64,000 nucleotides of DNA, taken from an uncultured delta proteobacterium (GTDB lineage: Bacteria > Desulfobacterota > Binatia > Binatales > Binataceae). A program made the position numbers and the translations under genes. Below are positions 48,673-59,002 of the stretch, piece by piece. The first letter of the stretch is position 1, and each line of letters begins with the position of its first letter. The notes under the pieces were generated by a model that did no database searches, was not told where the DNA came from, and saw only the letters and a list, made by a program, of their open reading frames with translations. The stretch covers positions 171,913 through 235,912 of the forward strand of contig CAWAKE010000009.1 of NCBI GenBank assembly GCA_963782535.1, written 5' to 3'.

Positions 48673-48848
48673 AACGAGGCCCGTAGCGCTGATCATCAGC
48701 ACAGAGCAATAACTGAACAACTAACGGAAAACTGGTGGGCCAAATGTAAGCATCGAAGTGGGCCAGACCGGATTGTCGAAATCACCACCAGGGTGCAGAG
48801 CCGGTCATCTTCGAGCCGGATGTTGAAGTGCACCCCGTCGACCCAGAC

Positions 48849-49406
48849 CTAAACGTATTCGCGCCCGGTGAGGTCGCGCTGGCGAAAGACGGTGTATTCT
48901 TTCTCCCAGCAGGCGGTCAGCCGCGCGATGTTGGCTGGCGACAGTCCCGCCGCGTCCTCGCCCAGCAGGCCTTCCAGCGCAGGGCGGAAATCGCCGGTCG
49001 AGAGCCCCCGCAGATAGAGAATCGGCAACACCTCGGCGACCTTCGGTGAACGCCTCATGTAGGGCGGCAGGATGCGGCTGCTGAAACGCTGGCGCCGGCC
49101 GTGCTCATCATGGCGGCGATCGTTGACCCGCGGCGCCTTCAGCTCCACCGTCCCCGCGCCCAGGGTCAGCTTGCGCCCCTTTGACCGGCCGTTGTGCACC
49201 ACCAGCGCCCGCCCATCAGCGTCGCGTTCGTCACGATGGCGCTCGATGTAGTCGGCCGCTTCCGTCTTCAGCACGGCCATCAGCATTCGCCGCGCTCCCG
49301 CCAGTGCGATCTCGTCCAACTCAAGCAAATCCCGGCCGGCTTCCCTGAAAGCCCCTTTTTCCATTACCTTCAGCATCGGTGGCGTCTCCTTCCACCCGGC
49401 TCCCAC
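48849..49406 (-). pseudogene. IS256-family (mutator-type) transposase N-terminal fragment
   Basis: …LPILYLRGLSTGDFRPALEGLLG… typical of the IS256 N-terminus; the C-terminal catalytic part is absent. Confidence 0.65.
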
Positions 49407-49709
49407 CGGGGTTCGCGTGGTCTACGCGGAAGGTTACGCCGCCTCTTTCATTCCCGCTCCTGATCCACAACTTTCGGTAATAACTCGTAGTCCACTGAGA
49501 AAATGGAGATCCGGATTGGTTTGCAAACGCTAAGTTGGAGGCCGGCCTTGAGACAAAGGGCTTTCGATGGTGACGCAACTGCCTGACTTCGCGACAGAGG
49601 CGCATTGTGTATCTACCTGTAATTAGGAGCGACAAATTTGCCCTCGGCAGACGGTCTCCCCAGGTGGCGCCGGAGCCTACTTTCGTAACCCACGAGCGCT
49701 TGCTAGTCG

Positions 49710-50078
49710 TTGACCATGACAACCAAAGAAGCAGGCCGGAAAAGATGGGCCGGCGTCTCGAAAAAGGAGCGCCAAGAGTTCGCCAAACGCTTAGCTCTGG
49801 CGCGAGACTTCGCCCTCACGCCGGAGCGGAAGCACGAAATCGCCATGATGGGCGTTGAGGCCAGGCTGAAACGAGCGCGGGCGCGCAAGGCGCTACAGAA
49901 CATGGCAGACCCGAATGCGGCGCCTCCGCCGCTGGTCCGAGATCCGAAGACGGACAAGCTCATCCGGAAGCCGCCAATCGGGCCGCAGCACCAGCACCTC
50001 GCCTATATTCCGGGTGGTCGGGACGAATGTGGTAAATTCGCATGCGTCCTCTGCGGCGAGAAGTTCGGGTTGGATTAG
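49710..50078 (+). CDS. Hypothetical protein (C-terminal CxxC)
   Basis: ORF with coding-like composition; no family recognised. Confidence 0.3.
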   Translation: MTMTTKEAGRKRWAGVSKKERQEFAKRLALARDFALTPERKHEIAMMGVEARLKRARARKALQNMADPNAAPPPLVRDPKTDKLIRKPPIGPQHQHLAYIPGGRDECGKFACVLCGEKFGLD

Positions 50079-50206
50079 ACCATTCAGCTGTTCTGGCGGA
50101 GCTTTTGAGTGAGGTCCTTTTTTACCAATCCTATTGATAGGTCCACATCGCCCGCGCGGCTCCAACTTTCGACGGAGCGGGCCGTTTGCCTCTTTTAGAC
50201 GCACTT

Positions 50207-50800
50207 TCAACGGCTGGTGCAGGTTGTCGAGTTACCAAAACTTGAGCAGGTTGTCGTTACACTATTCGACCGAGCATCGGCGGCTGCAACCGCGACAAGA
50301 GCACCTATTAACAGCGCCCCCAAGGCAATTTTGCCAGCAGTTCGCGCTGCGTCCCCTTCGTGCTCGTAATCCTCCGCTTGTTTGAGACTGGGAAAGAATT
50401 TCATCCCGTTGTTATTGGCTATATATCCCAGGGTCTTATCGCCGGGCGAATCGCGGACCATGATGATTTTCGGGTCGTCGGTCTGGAGCAGTTGATAACT
50501 ACGGTCACGCACCGCACTGCTGGCGACGATTCTAACCACAATGTCCCTGCAACGGGCATCCATGCAGGTCAGTTCAATTAGTCCGTTATTCCCGCTGGTA
50601 GCGATTATTTCGTGAGGGTTCGTAGCGTTTGGGAAATACTCGACTATTGCCCCATTCTGAGGGACCCTCTCATCGTGCTCGCCGACCGTTGCCGTCGCCG
50701 GTATGTGAACCGTTATGGCCTTCTTCGACGTCGCGCATGACGATAAGACCACGCAGATTGCCATCGCTCTCGCGAAGCGCTTGACCTTTCCCCCGTGCAA
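50207..50800 (-). CDS. Hypothetical lipoprotein
   Basis: Lipobox VVLSSCATS; lower-GC gene. Confidence 0.35.
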   Translation of the reverse strand: MHGGKVKRFARAMAICVVLSSCATSKKAITVHIPATATVGEHDERVPQNGAIVEYFPNATNPHEIIATSGNNGLIELTCMDARCRDIVVRIVASSAVRDRSYQLLQTDDPKIIMVRDSPGDKTLGYIANNNGMKFFPSLKQAEDYEHEGDAARTAGKIALGALLIGALVAVAAADARSNSVTTTCSSFGNSTTCTSR

Positions 50801-51427
50801 AGCATGTTGTTAGAACCTCAACCTTGTAGACGCGCCCTGCTTACAAGGCAATACAAGCACGACCTGTGGTAGTTGGTCAGTTTGAATGAAATTACGGCCA
50901 AGAAACCGAACGCACGCCTCAATTAGCGCGGATGCCCCTGCCTGCAGCCACGCTGGCCACTACCATTGACGAGGAGTCCCGAAAGATTCGCTATTGCGGC
51001 GAGCTCGTAACGTGAAGCAGCGAGAGTATCTCGCTAGGTATTCGCCAGCGGTCGTCACCCTCGCCAGTTTCGCGTACCAGCACCCAAGCCTCGACTAACC
51101 GAAGATCGGTCGGAGCGGCGCAAGCGACGCACTTGATTGCGCCGTGCAGCGATAACCAGAACCGGCGCGAGCGGCAAGCGTCGCAGGCGGGCTTGTGTGG
51201 AGATGGGCTGTGGACGCGGTAGGCGCGGGCGACCAACGCGCCGCAGCGACGCAGTGGCAGCGACGCAGTGGCAGCGGCGCGAGAATTAAGAGCGTAAAAG
51301 CGTTGTGTCCGGCGGGATTTGGAACTTGCGGATTCGGGCCGCCGATTCCCGTAAGTATGAGCGGATCGGCTTTGGTTCCCTGTCCGGTACTGCGCGAAAT
51401 GAAGTTTCGTGCCTATGGGAAACCTCC

Positions 51428-51799
51428 TCACTGCACCGGGTGGTAAAAAATAGCGGTCAAGGCGAATCGGGGCGCGGATGCGCACGCCTTCGACCCACAC
51501 CGCAGAAATCCCTGAGAAACCCAGTAGCGCGTGGCGCCGCACGCGGGACACGGCGGAAACTCGGGCGCGATGGTCCGGGTGGGCGGCGGTGACGGAGCCG
51601 GCGAGAATGTAGCTTCGATGATCGTTGACGGCCGCTCGCCCGCAAGAATCCTGAGTAGCTCCAACTTATTGGCGCGGATCGCAGTGCGGTCAGCATCCGA
51701 GAGCCGCGAAGCTGGCTCGACGGCAAGGTAGCCGTCTTCTGGAATCAGGCGGATACCACGATTTCGCAACTCGGTTAGCAATCGGTCAGCGTCCATCAA
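51428..51799 (-). CDS. Hypothetical island protein with a TubC-N-like helical N-terminus plus a C-terminal zinc finger, translationally coupled to the primase
   Basis: MMDADRLLTELRNRGIRLIPEDGYLAVEPASRLSDADRTAIRANKLELLRIL; CPACGATRYWVSQGFLRCGSKAC; the start overlaps the primase stop. Confidence 0.4.
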   Translation of the reverse strand: MMDADRLLTELRNRGIRLIPEDGYLAVEPASRLSDADRTAIRANKLELLRILAGERPSTIIEATFSPAPSPPPTRTIAPEFPPCPACGATRYWVSQGFLRCGSKACASAPRFALTAIFYHPVQ

Positions 51800-54129
51800 A
51801 AATAATCCCTCTCCGCTGAATCGTTCGAACCTTCGAACGGCTGTTCAGTTTGTCCCACTCCCCCAGTGGTTTGAGGACCGTTCGAATGCCCGTTCGAATA
51901 GGGGGAGTGTTCGAATGCCTTCTGGAGTTCTTCGACTGTCGGCAAGGGGGATTGGTCCTCTGGCAACGGCAGTCCGCGAACGAGTCGGTAGGCGTAGCCC
52001 TTGCGATGTTCTCGATTCTCAAGCCAGCCACTCTTGAGCGTGCGCCCGACGCGATAGTGGACCGTCGATTTTGCAAGTCCGAGAGACTTCACCAGGTCGA
52101 CTTCGGATACCTCTTCCCCTTCGGGCACCGCTAAACAGGTAGCCCGAATCGCATCGGTCAGTCCGCCGGCGGCGATCGACTGGAACACCGAAAGTAAAAG
52201 CTCTCGCGCCCAGTGATAGTCCTCCAGATTCGCGACAATCGCCCCGGCGCCGTTGCGCGAACGATGGGCTTGATTAAGCCACGCAACCGTTCGAATCACC
52301 ACGAGTAGCTGCTTGAAATCGCGTCGCATCCGAACTTCGGCGACAGGCATGAATTCGGCCAGAATCCGAGCGTAAGGCACTACCGCGACCGTTTTGGGCT
52401 TGAGGCTAAGCCAGCGCTGGAAGTCGACGAATTGTTCGATAATCACCGGGTCCGGCTCACAAAAATCGCCAGAGGCTAAGGCGGCTTCGGCATGCAAAAT
52501 TTCCCGCGTTTGATCCGCGGTGTCGAGAAGTTGGATATTCAAAACCCGCGGTGCGAGTTGCGGTTCAAGCTCCCGGACTCCCGACGTGATCAGGCCGGTC
52601 GGGCCCTCCTTGCTTATGCGACGGGTGACGCTTTCGCCGGTCTCCGGATTGCGCTCCACGACGTCAAAATCGGTCCGGGCGTCCTCGACGATCGACCGGA
52701 TCAGAGTTGCTGCATTGCCTTCCAAGCCCGATAAGCTGTCGCATTCCCCGAGAATGACGCATTTGTGTTGCAAATCATCGCTGCCGTGAATCAACGCTTT
52801 GGGGCTCATCGCGGACAACTTCAAAAGCTCTTCATCCGGACAGAGCCGCGCGGCTGTATCTATCGCGTAACTCTTTCCTGTCGCGCTTTGCGCCATAACG
52901 TGAGCGTTTATTGGCTTATCGGAACACCTTGAGCTTATCGCGACGTAGAGCAACACCACGGGATTGCGATCGCCCGCATATCCAAGGGCGCCTATCGCGC
53001 TTTTCACAAGCTCAAGGACGTCGGGCGCTTCGATAATCGGCCGGGCGGACTGTTCGAGTTGTTCGAGGGTTCGAACACCATTCGAACAGTCATTCGAACA
53101 GTCCGAAGTCTCACTCCCCGTTGGGTTTGGGCCACTACCGTTCGAGTGTTCGAACCGTTTCCGGGTTTTGAGCACCACTTCACGCAGCGTTTTTTCGCGA
53201 ATGCCTAATTCTTTGGCTAGCGCGCGGCTCTGGCGGTCAAATTCGAATGGCGACAACCGAGCAAATTCCGCTACTTTCGATTCGTCGTCATCGGGCTTTC
53301 CCGCTTCGTCGATGGATGTAGCCGCGGCCAGGATTGCGGGAAATGCATCATCAAAGGTCCCTGAAACGTGAAGGTCGGCAGGGTCTTTCAGGTCATCCGG
53401 CATCGTGATCGCCAGCACTTCACCCTTGAAACCAAGCTTGCGAACATGGCGCGCCACGCGCCCCGGAAACGCACGGCCGGCCGGGTCGCGTTCACACGTG
53501 ACGAAAAGGCGCTCGAAGCCGCGCAGGTGGTCGGGCGTCACGCTGTTGACGTTTGTCGCCCCCGGCATCCCGAGCGCGGGGTAGTCGTGATACCAAAGCG
53601 CCCAGCAATCACTCTCGCCCTCGACGACGACCAGAAACCGTTTGGCGCGCGCCGCTGGGAGTAGCCAGCACCCATAGGGGATAGGGGAAACGCCTTTCGG
53701 GCCAAGCCAGCTCGAACCGTCCTTCGCCCGCAACGCGGTCCGCTTGCGCAGCCGTGGGTGCTGCCGCTTATTCTCATCGTGATAGCCAATCGCGACGCCC
53801 GATCCATCGGGGAAATCTTCAACGCCGTGCTCTCGAAGCCAATCGACTGAGAGCTTTTTCGCGTTCGCGAGTTCGGCGAGGGTGAGCGGATGCGCTTGCG
53901 CTTTGGGGAAAAGGTCAGCGACGCGAATGCCGAGCGCGCCACAGATTTGCTCAGCGGTGTGGCCCGCGAAGCATTTCACGAGTATCCGGCCGCCGTTGCC
54001 GATACCGGCGCTCACGCTCCGCGTTGCATCGCCATGAGCGTGGCCATCAACCGGGCAATGTCCGGTGAATTGTGAATCACTCGACCATTTGGCGCCTGGG
54101 AATAACTTTGCAAAGTCGGATATTGTCAC
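51796..54129 (-). CDS. Bifunctional DNA primase (Zn-finger plus TOPRIM) / D5-type helicase of P4-like integrative elements
   Basis: N-terminal Zn-binding FTGHCPVDGHAHGD, TOPRIM FLVVVEGESDCWALW, and a C-terminal NTPase with Walker A AQSATGKSY. Confidence 0.65.
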   Translation of the reverse strand: MTISDFAKLFPGAKWSSDSQFTGHCPVDGHAHGDATRSVSAGIGNGGRILVKCFAGHTAEQICGALGIRVADLFPKAQAHPLTLAELANAKKLSVDWLREHGVEDFPDGSGVAIGYHDENKRQHPRLRKRTALRAKDGSSWLGPKGVSPIPYGCWLLPAARAKRFLVVVEGESDCWALWYHDYPALGMPGATNVNSVTPDHLRGFERLFVTCERDPAGRAFPGRVARHVRKLGFKGEVLAITMPDDLKDPADLHVSGTFDDAFPAILAAATSIDEAGKPDDDESKVAEFARLSPFEFDRQSRALAKELGIREKTLREVVLKTRKRFEHSNGSGPNPTGSETSDCSNDCSNGVRTLEQLEQSARPIIEAPDVLELVKSAIGALGYAGDRNPVVLLYVAISSRCSDKPINAHVMAQSATGKSYAIDTAARLCPDEELLKLSAMSPKALIHGSDDLQHKCVILGECDSLSGLEGNAATLIRSIVEDARTDFDVVERNPETGESVTRRISKEGPTGLITSGVRELEPQLAPRVLNIQLLDTADQTREILHAEAALASGDFCEPDPVIIEQFVDFQRWLSLKPKTVAVVPYARILAEFMPVAEVRMRRDFKQLLVVIRTVAWLNQAHRSRNGAGAIVANLEDYHWARELLLSVFQSIAAGGLTDAIRATCLAVPEGEEVSEVDLVKSLGLAKSTVHYRVGRTLKSGWLENREHRKGYAYRLVRGLPLPEDQSPLPTVEELQKAFEHSPYSNGHSNGPQTTGGVGQTEQPFEGSNDSAERDYF

Positions 54130-54255
54130 GGCGCATGCCCCTCCCGCTTAAGCAAGTAAATCCCGCTTGCCGCCCACGCGATAAGCAATCGACAGCGCCC
54201 GATGAGCATGCGCAGCTCGAAGTCGCGATCGGGCTCGCCAGACGGAGCGCCGTAG

Positions 54256-54640
54256 TCAGAATCGGCTCGATCGGCCGGCGCTGATATATCTTTCACTGCG
54301 AACGCTCGGACAGGACGGGGGCACGGCCGCCAGGCTCGACCCGCTGCATCGCTTCCCAAGCGAGCAGGTCAGCCAGTCGGTAGCCAACGCGCTCCCTCGC
54401 CTTGCCAATCGATGAGCTGGCGTTCCGGTCGGGATGAGCCGGGCAGCGCGCGATCCAGCCGCCAGCGCACGGTCGTGCGCCGTGCTTTCTGGTATGCGGC
54501 GAGCGCGGCCTATTTTTACGCTGCATATGCGGCGCGCCGCAGCCCATGTTCGTACTGTCACGGTGGCGAGCGCCAGCCGCGCCGCAGCCTCACTGCACGT
54601 TAGGAGACGTTCGCTCTCACCGCTATCCTTCAGTTTTGAT
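54256..54640 (-). CDS. AlpA-family HTH regulator/excisionase; the ORF start is probably internal
   Basis: …LLTCSEAAARLALATVTVRTWAAARRICSVKIGRARRIP… AlpA-like HTH. Confidence 0.5.
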
Positions 54641-54682
54641 GCTTGCATTTGCTTAAGCTCCAAGTAATATGAATGCATCGTA

Positions 54683-55372
54683 ATGACGTTTAGGCCCATG
54701 GTACAAGACAGAAAGCCGCTTGGACTTTTGACGCTTCCTAGCTTCAAAGCCAAATCAGAAGCATCAAAATCTAATAACCGCTGGATGACGCCGAGCTTCT
54801 TGGTGGCCCTCCGCAATATAGTGCGCGACGGCGACGCCGGCATTATGATTGAATTTTTTGTCGAATCGGGTCCGTGTGACTCGGCGAAAGAGATTCCTAC
54901 AAGCGCGAGAGCGTTGCGGTGCACCTTCGATTTCGCCGCGGGTATAGTCGATGCACTGGTCCCCTCGGAAAATGATATTTCCCTCTACGCCACTCGCGCG
55001 GCACAACCGGAGCGGGAAAGCTCGCTTAGCAAGGAATCCGCGATCGGACTCGACGCCGCTATGCGGCAAATACAAATTGATATCACGTCCCTTTCGCCCG
55101 TCCTCACTGTCGAATGGCTGATGCAGTCAATTGCGGACGCTGTCGGCAACCTTGATCCGAGCCTCCTGCGTAAATGTCCGGTCTGCACGAACCGGCTCTT
55201 CTACGCGCGGCGCCGCGATCAGAAGGCGTGCTCGCTCAAACATGCTCGGCTCTTACGCTCAAGGCGATGGCTCGGAACTGTGAAGGGTCAAAAACATTAC
55301 GCGACGCTTCTCAAAAGCCCAAAAAGGTCCAAACTGCTCGACAGTCGCAAGAAGAGGAGGGTAAAAGCATGA
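54683..55372 (+). CDS. Hypothetical protein with a C-terminal zinc ribbon
   Basis: CPVCTNRLFYARRRDQKACS; the stop overlaps the int start. Confidence 0.3.
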   Translation: MTFRPMVQDRKPLGLLTLPSFKAKSEASKSNNRWMTPSFLVALRNIVRDGDAGIMIEFFVESGPCDSAKEIPTSARALRCTFDFAAGIVDALVPSENDISLYATRAAQPERESSLSKESAIGLDAAMRQIQIDITSLSPVLTVEWLMQSIADAVGNLDPSLLRKCPVCTNRLFYARRRDQKACSLKHARLLRSRRWLGTVKGQKHYATLLKSPKRSKLLDSRKKRRVKA

Positions 55373-56544
55373 GCGTTTTCAAGCGCGGCAAGGTCTACTG
55401 GTACGAGTTTTCTTTCAACGGCGCGCGCATCCGCGAATCGACGCAGACCGGCTCGAAGACCATCGCGAAGCAGGCTGAGATGCAGCGTCGGCGGGAGCTT
55501 GAGTTAGGCATCAACGGCCTTACTAGACCTGAGCGACCGTTGTTCCCGCTGGCCGCAAAGGACTGGTTCGCCACCAAGTCGTCTCTCTCCCCGTTGGGAA
55601 TAAGGTACTACGAGCAGTACATAGCGAAGCTCTCGCGCCATTTCGGAAATACGTTGGTTTCGGACATTACGGCCGAAGACATTGCTGAGCTTCAGCGCAA
55701 GCGCAAATCAGAAGGGCTCTCGGGCCGTCAGATCAACGCGGAAGTCGGCACGCTCCGCGCGATTCTCCGGTACTACGGCCGCTGGGCGTATATTTCGGGG
55801 CGCGTGACAATGCTCGCTCAACGGTCGGACGTAGGGCGCGCCCTGAGTCGTGAAGAGGAAACGCGGCTTTTAGCTGCCATCGGGGAAAGTCGCTCTCCGG
55901 CGCTCTATCCGTTCTTCGTCTTAAGTCTTGACGCGGGATTGCGACCGTCGGAAACCCGCTCCCTTCGTCGCTCAAATCTTCGGCTCAACTGGCTTGACGG
56001 AGCGGTCGTTGAGGGAGAGGTAATCGTTGGCAGCTCAAAGACCGAAGCGGGACGCGGGCGCATTGTTCCGCTGACCCGCCGTGCGTGCGCCGCCCTCACC
56101 CTTTGGCTTTCCCGGTTCGCGGATGCGAGGCCAGATAGCTACGTCTTCCCCTTCCACCGCGTCGCTATCGCTGGCAATGGCCGCATTCCGCACGTATATG
56201 ACGTGAACTTAGATAGGCCGATGAGTCCGTCGAGCTGCAAGACGGCCTTCGAGACGGCGCGGGAGAAGGCGGGGCTTACACTACGGTTCTACGACGCGCG
56301 CCATACCTTCGTGACGCGGCTAGCGGAAAATCCAGCGATTTCCGAGGAGACGATTCGGCAACTTGCCGGACACGTCAGTCCCCAGATGCTTGGGCACTAT
56401 GCGCATATCCGAGTGCAAGCACGCCGCGCGGCTATCGCGAGTCTCGAATGGGTAGCCGAAGCGGCAGAATCAGCCGGTTTTGAGGTGGACTCCCCACAAA
56501 AGTCCCCACAGTTAACCAATGAGGCAAAGGCGCTCCCCAATTGA
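55369..56544 (+). CDS. int: Tyrosine site-specific integrase (P4-like)
   Basis: N-terminal arm-binding MSVFKRGKVYWYEF…; catalytic …FYDARHTFVTRLAEN…LAGHVSPQMLGHYAHI. It lies next to tRNA-Asn. Confidence 0.85.
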   Translation: MSVFKRGKVYWYEFSFNGARIRESTQTGSKTIAKQAEMQRRRELELGINGLTRPERPLFPLAAKDWFATKSSLSPLGIRYYEQYIAKLSRHFGNTLVSDITAEDIAELQRKRKSEGLSGRQINAEVGTLRAILRYYGRWAYISGRVTMLAQRSDVGRALSREEETRLLAAIGESRSPALYPFFVLSLDAGLRPSETRSLRRSNLRLNWLDGAVVEGEVIVGSSKTEAGRGRIVPLTRRACAALTLWLSRFADARPDSYVFPFHRVAIAGNGRIPHVYDVNLDRPMSPSSCKTAFETAREKAGLTLRFYDARHTFVTRLAENPAISEETIRQLAGHVSPQMLGHYAHIRVQARRAAIASLEWVAEAAESAGFEVDSPQKSPQLTNEAKALPN

Positions 56545-56582
56545 GAAACGGCCTATGCCACCGAAATTATTAGATTATTGTG

Positions 56583-56658
56583 TGGCTCCCCGGGCCGGAT
56601 TCGAACCAGCGACCCGACGGTTAACAGCCGTCTGCTCTACCGACTGAGCTACCGGGGA
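56583..56658 (-). tRNA. tRNA-Asn (anticodon GUU)
   Basis: The reverse complement reads TCCCCGGTAGCTCAGTCGGTAGAGCAGACGGCTGTTAACCGTCGGGTCGCTGGTTCGAATCCGGCCCGGGGAGCCA. Confidence 0.9.
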
Positions 56659-56729
56659 GCGCGCGAAGAATGTGAACCTTATTTGGTATTCGCCTTGGAC
56701 GCAGGAATCAAGATCATCGCGTGCGAAGC

Positions 56730-57035
56730 CTAGCGCGTGAGGCCATCACCGGCGTCGGCCGGGTCGCCCGTATCATCCGGAATGTTTGCGTTGCCCGGAA
56801 TATTCGCGTCGCCCAGCATCCGCATTCCGTATCGAATCAACGCGGCGAGTTGTTCCACACGCTCGAGCAGTTCGGGCTGCGCCGCGACGGGCGCGTCGCG
56901 CAGGTCGTTGGCAGCAAGCGCCAGATTGTCGCGCATGAGGCCGAGTGCGCGCTCGAGGCTTTCCTGTTCGTTATGGCGGCGCGCGGCGCGGCGGCGAGCC
57001 GCCTGAAATTCCCAAAGCTGAATGATCTCGGCCAT
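56730..57035 (-). CDS. Hypothetical small protein
   Basis: ORF only. Confidence 0.25.
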   Translation of the reverse strand: MAEIIQLWEFQAARRRAARRHNEQESLERALGLMRDNLALAANDLRDAPVAAQPELLERVEQLAALIRYGMRMLGDANIPGNANIPDDTGDPADAGDGLTR

Positions 57036-57152
57036 CGGGCAAACCCTCCGCGATGATGTGCGGGCAGCGCCTCATTATTGCGCTTGTCGAAGGCGGCGGA
57101 AAGCGTGCGTGCGGTTCGGCAGTCGATCGCGGGATTTCGCGCAAGCTGCCGG

Positions 57153-57920
57153 TCACCGCAGTTTGCGGCCCGACTCGCGTTTGGCGGCGAGCGTGGCGGC
57201 GCCGTCAGCGGCGACCCAGCGGACCTGGCGTGCGATGCCGTTGAGTATGTCGAGTTCGCGCGGCCTGATTCCGCTGCGTCCCAGCATCGCGCGTATCGTC
57301 AGCATCAGGTGATCGGGATTATCGTCGGGCAGAAATCCGATGGCGACGAGTGCCTCGGCCAGCCGCTGATGCATCGCCTCGACCGCGCCGGCGGACGCGA
57401 ATTCGGCGGCTTCGATCGGGACGCGCGCGACGCCCCCCGCGAGCATCAGCTCGTAGGCGACGACCATCACGGCCTGGGCCAGGTTGAGCGACGGGTAGTC
57501 CGGCGCCGTCGGAATCGTAATGAGGCGATGGCATTGCGCGATTTCGAGATTGGTCAGCCCGAAGTCCTCTGGACCGAAGACTATCGCGATGTGGTTGGCG
57601 GCGCTCTCGGCGATCAGCTGCGGCGCGGCGTCGCGTAGCACGCGGGTCTCGCTCCGATACGGCCCTTCGCGGCAGGTGGTCCCAACTACCAGCGTGCGAT
57701 CCTCCAAAGCTGCGCCGAGGTCGGGATAAATGCGCGCGCGCCCAAGCAGGTCGCCGGCGTGTACCGCCATCGTCGCCGCGGCGCGCGGATCGTAATCGCG
57801 CGGCGCTACCAGCCGCAGATCGGTCGCGCCCGTGTTCTTGAGAGCACGTGCGGCAGAGCCGACGTTGCCCGAAGACTTAGGCGTACACAGCACGAAGGCA
57901 AATTGGTCGAGTGCGGTCAT
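57153..57920 (-). CDS. TrmH/SpoU-family RNA 2'-O-methyltransferase (TrmJ-like)
   Basis: …FVLCTPKSSGNVGSAARALKNTG… N-terminal motif and a SpoU fold. Confidence 0.65.
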   Translation of the reverse strand: MTALDQFAFVLCTPKSSGNVGSAARALKNTGATDLRLVAPRDYDPRAAATMAVHAGDLLGRARIYPDLGAALEDRTLVVGTTCREGPYRSETRVLRDAAPQLIAESAANHIAIVFGPEDFGLTNLEIAQCHRLITIPTAPDYPSLNLAQAVMVVAYELMLAGGVARVPIEAAEFASAGAVEAMHQRLAEALVAIGFLPDDNPDHLMLTIRAMLGRSGIRPRELDILNGIARQVRWVAADGAATLAAKRESGRKLR

Positions 57921-58112
57921 AATTCCATGCGCGCCGCCGCTTGGACGGAGCGCCAGATTTCAAGAAATATCCTGAATCCGCGCATGCCTCTACAGACCGG
58001 TGCAATCGAAAAGTGCTCAAAGCGGAGGCGCCGGCACCTTGCGCGGCCGCTGCGCGCTCGAACTATGAGCCCTCGGACGGGTGCGCTATGGTAGGCGCGA
58101 GCGCAACTTTCG

Positions 58113-58769
58113 ATGAAGATTATTTCATTCGGCGATGTCCATATGGCGACCCGCAACCTCGCGCGGATGGCCGCGGTGATGCGCGATACCGACCTCGTCA
58201 TCATTTCGGGCGACCTGACCAACTTCGGCGGCAGCACCGACGCCGCCAAGGTTATCGACGACGTGCGCGGGGTCTGCCGGCGCATGCTGGCGCTACCCGG
58301 AAATCTCGATCAGGCCGGCGTCATCCCGTTTCTCGAGGGCGAAGGGATTGCGCTGCATGGACGCGGCATGGTGATTGACGGCATCGGAATTTTCGGCTGC
58401 GGCGGATCCAACATCACACCGTTCAATACGCCGACCGAATTGAGCGAGGATGAAATCTACCAGACCCTGATGCGCGGTTATGCCGAGGTGCGCGACGTCC
58501 GCCCGCTGCTCATGGTCTGCCATACGCCGCCCTTCGAGACCCGCTGCGATCGTATCGCGGGCGGCCGCGCGGTCGGCAGCACCGCGGCGCGCCGGTTTAT
58601 CCAGGAGTTCCAGCCCGACCTGTGCATCTCGGGACATATTCACGAATCGACCGGCGTCGATACGATCGGGCCGACGACCATCATCAATGCCGGACCGTTC
58701 AAGGACGGCGGCTATATCGTCGTGCGGGCGGCTGGCGGCACGCTCGACGCACGACTGGAGTTTCTTTAA
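58113..58769 (+). CDS. Metallophosphoesterase (calcineurin-like)
   Basis: GDVH…GDL…GNLD…GHIHE motifs. Confidence 0.7.
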   Translation: MKIISFGDVHMATRNLARMAAVMRDTDLVIISGDLTNFGGSTDAAKVIDDVRGVCRRMLALPGNLDQAGVIPFLEGEGIALHGRGMVIDGIGIFGCGGSNITPFNTPTELSEDEIYQTLMRGYAEVRDVRPLLMVCHTPPFETRCDRIAGGRAVGSTAARRFIQEFQPDLCISGHIHESTGVDTIGPTTIINAGPFKDGGYIVVRAAGGTLDARLEFL

Positions 58770-59002
58770 GGTTCCTTGGCTTTCGCGCTCCGGCCAGTCG
58801 CTCGGCGTCTATCGCGGCAAGCTTGTCAACGGATGGCCGTTGATCGTACGCAGCATGGGTGCGCTGATGCGCCGTTTCGTGTTCGAGCGATTCGGCGGCT
58901 CGCGCCGGCCCTGAAGCGATCGCGAGCGGTGGCGCGGGCCAGTGAAATCCGCCGCTCGAGCCGGCGGCGTCAGGAGATGGGAATGAACTATTTTTCGGTC
59001 AA

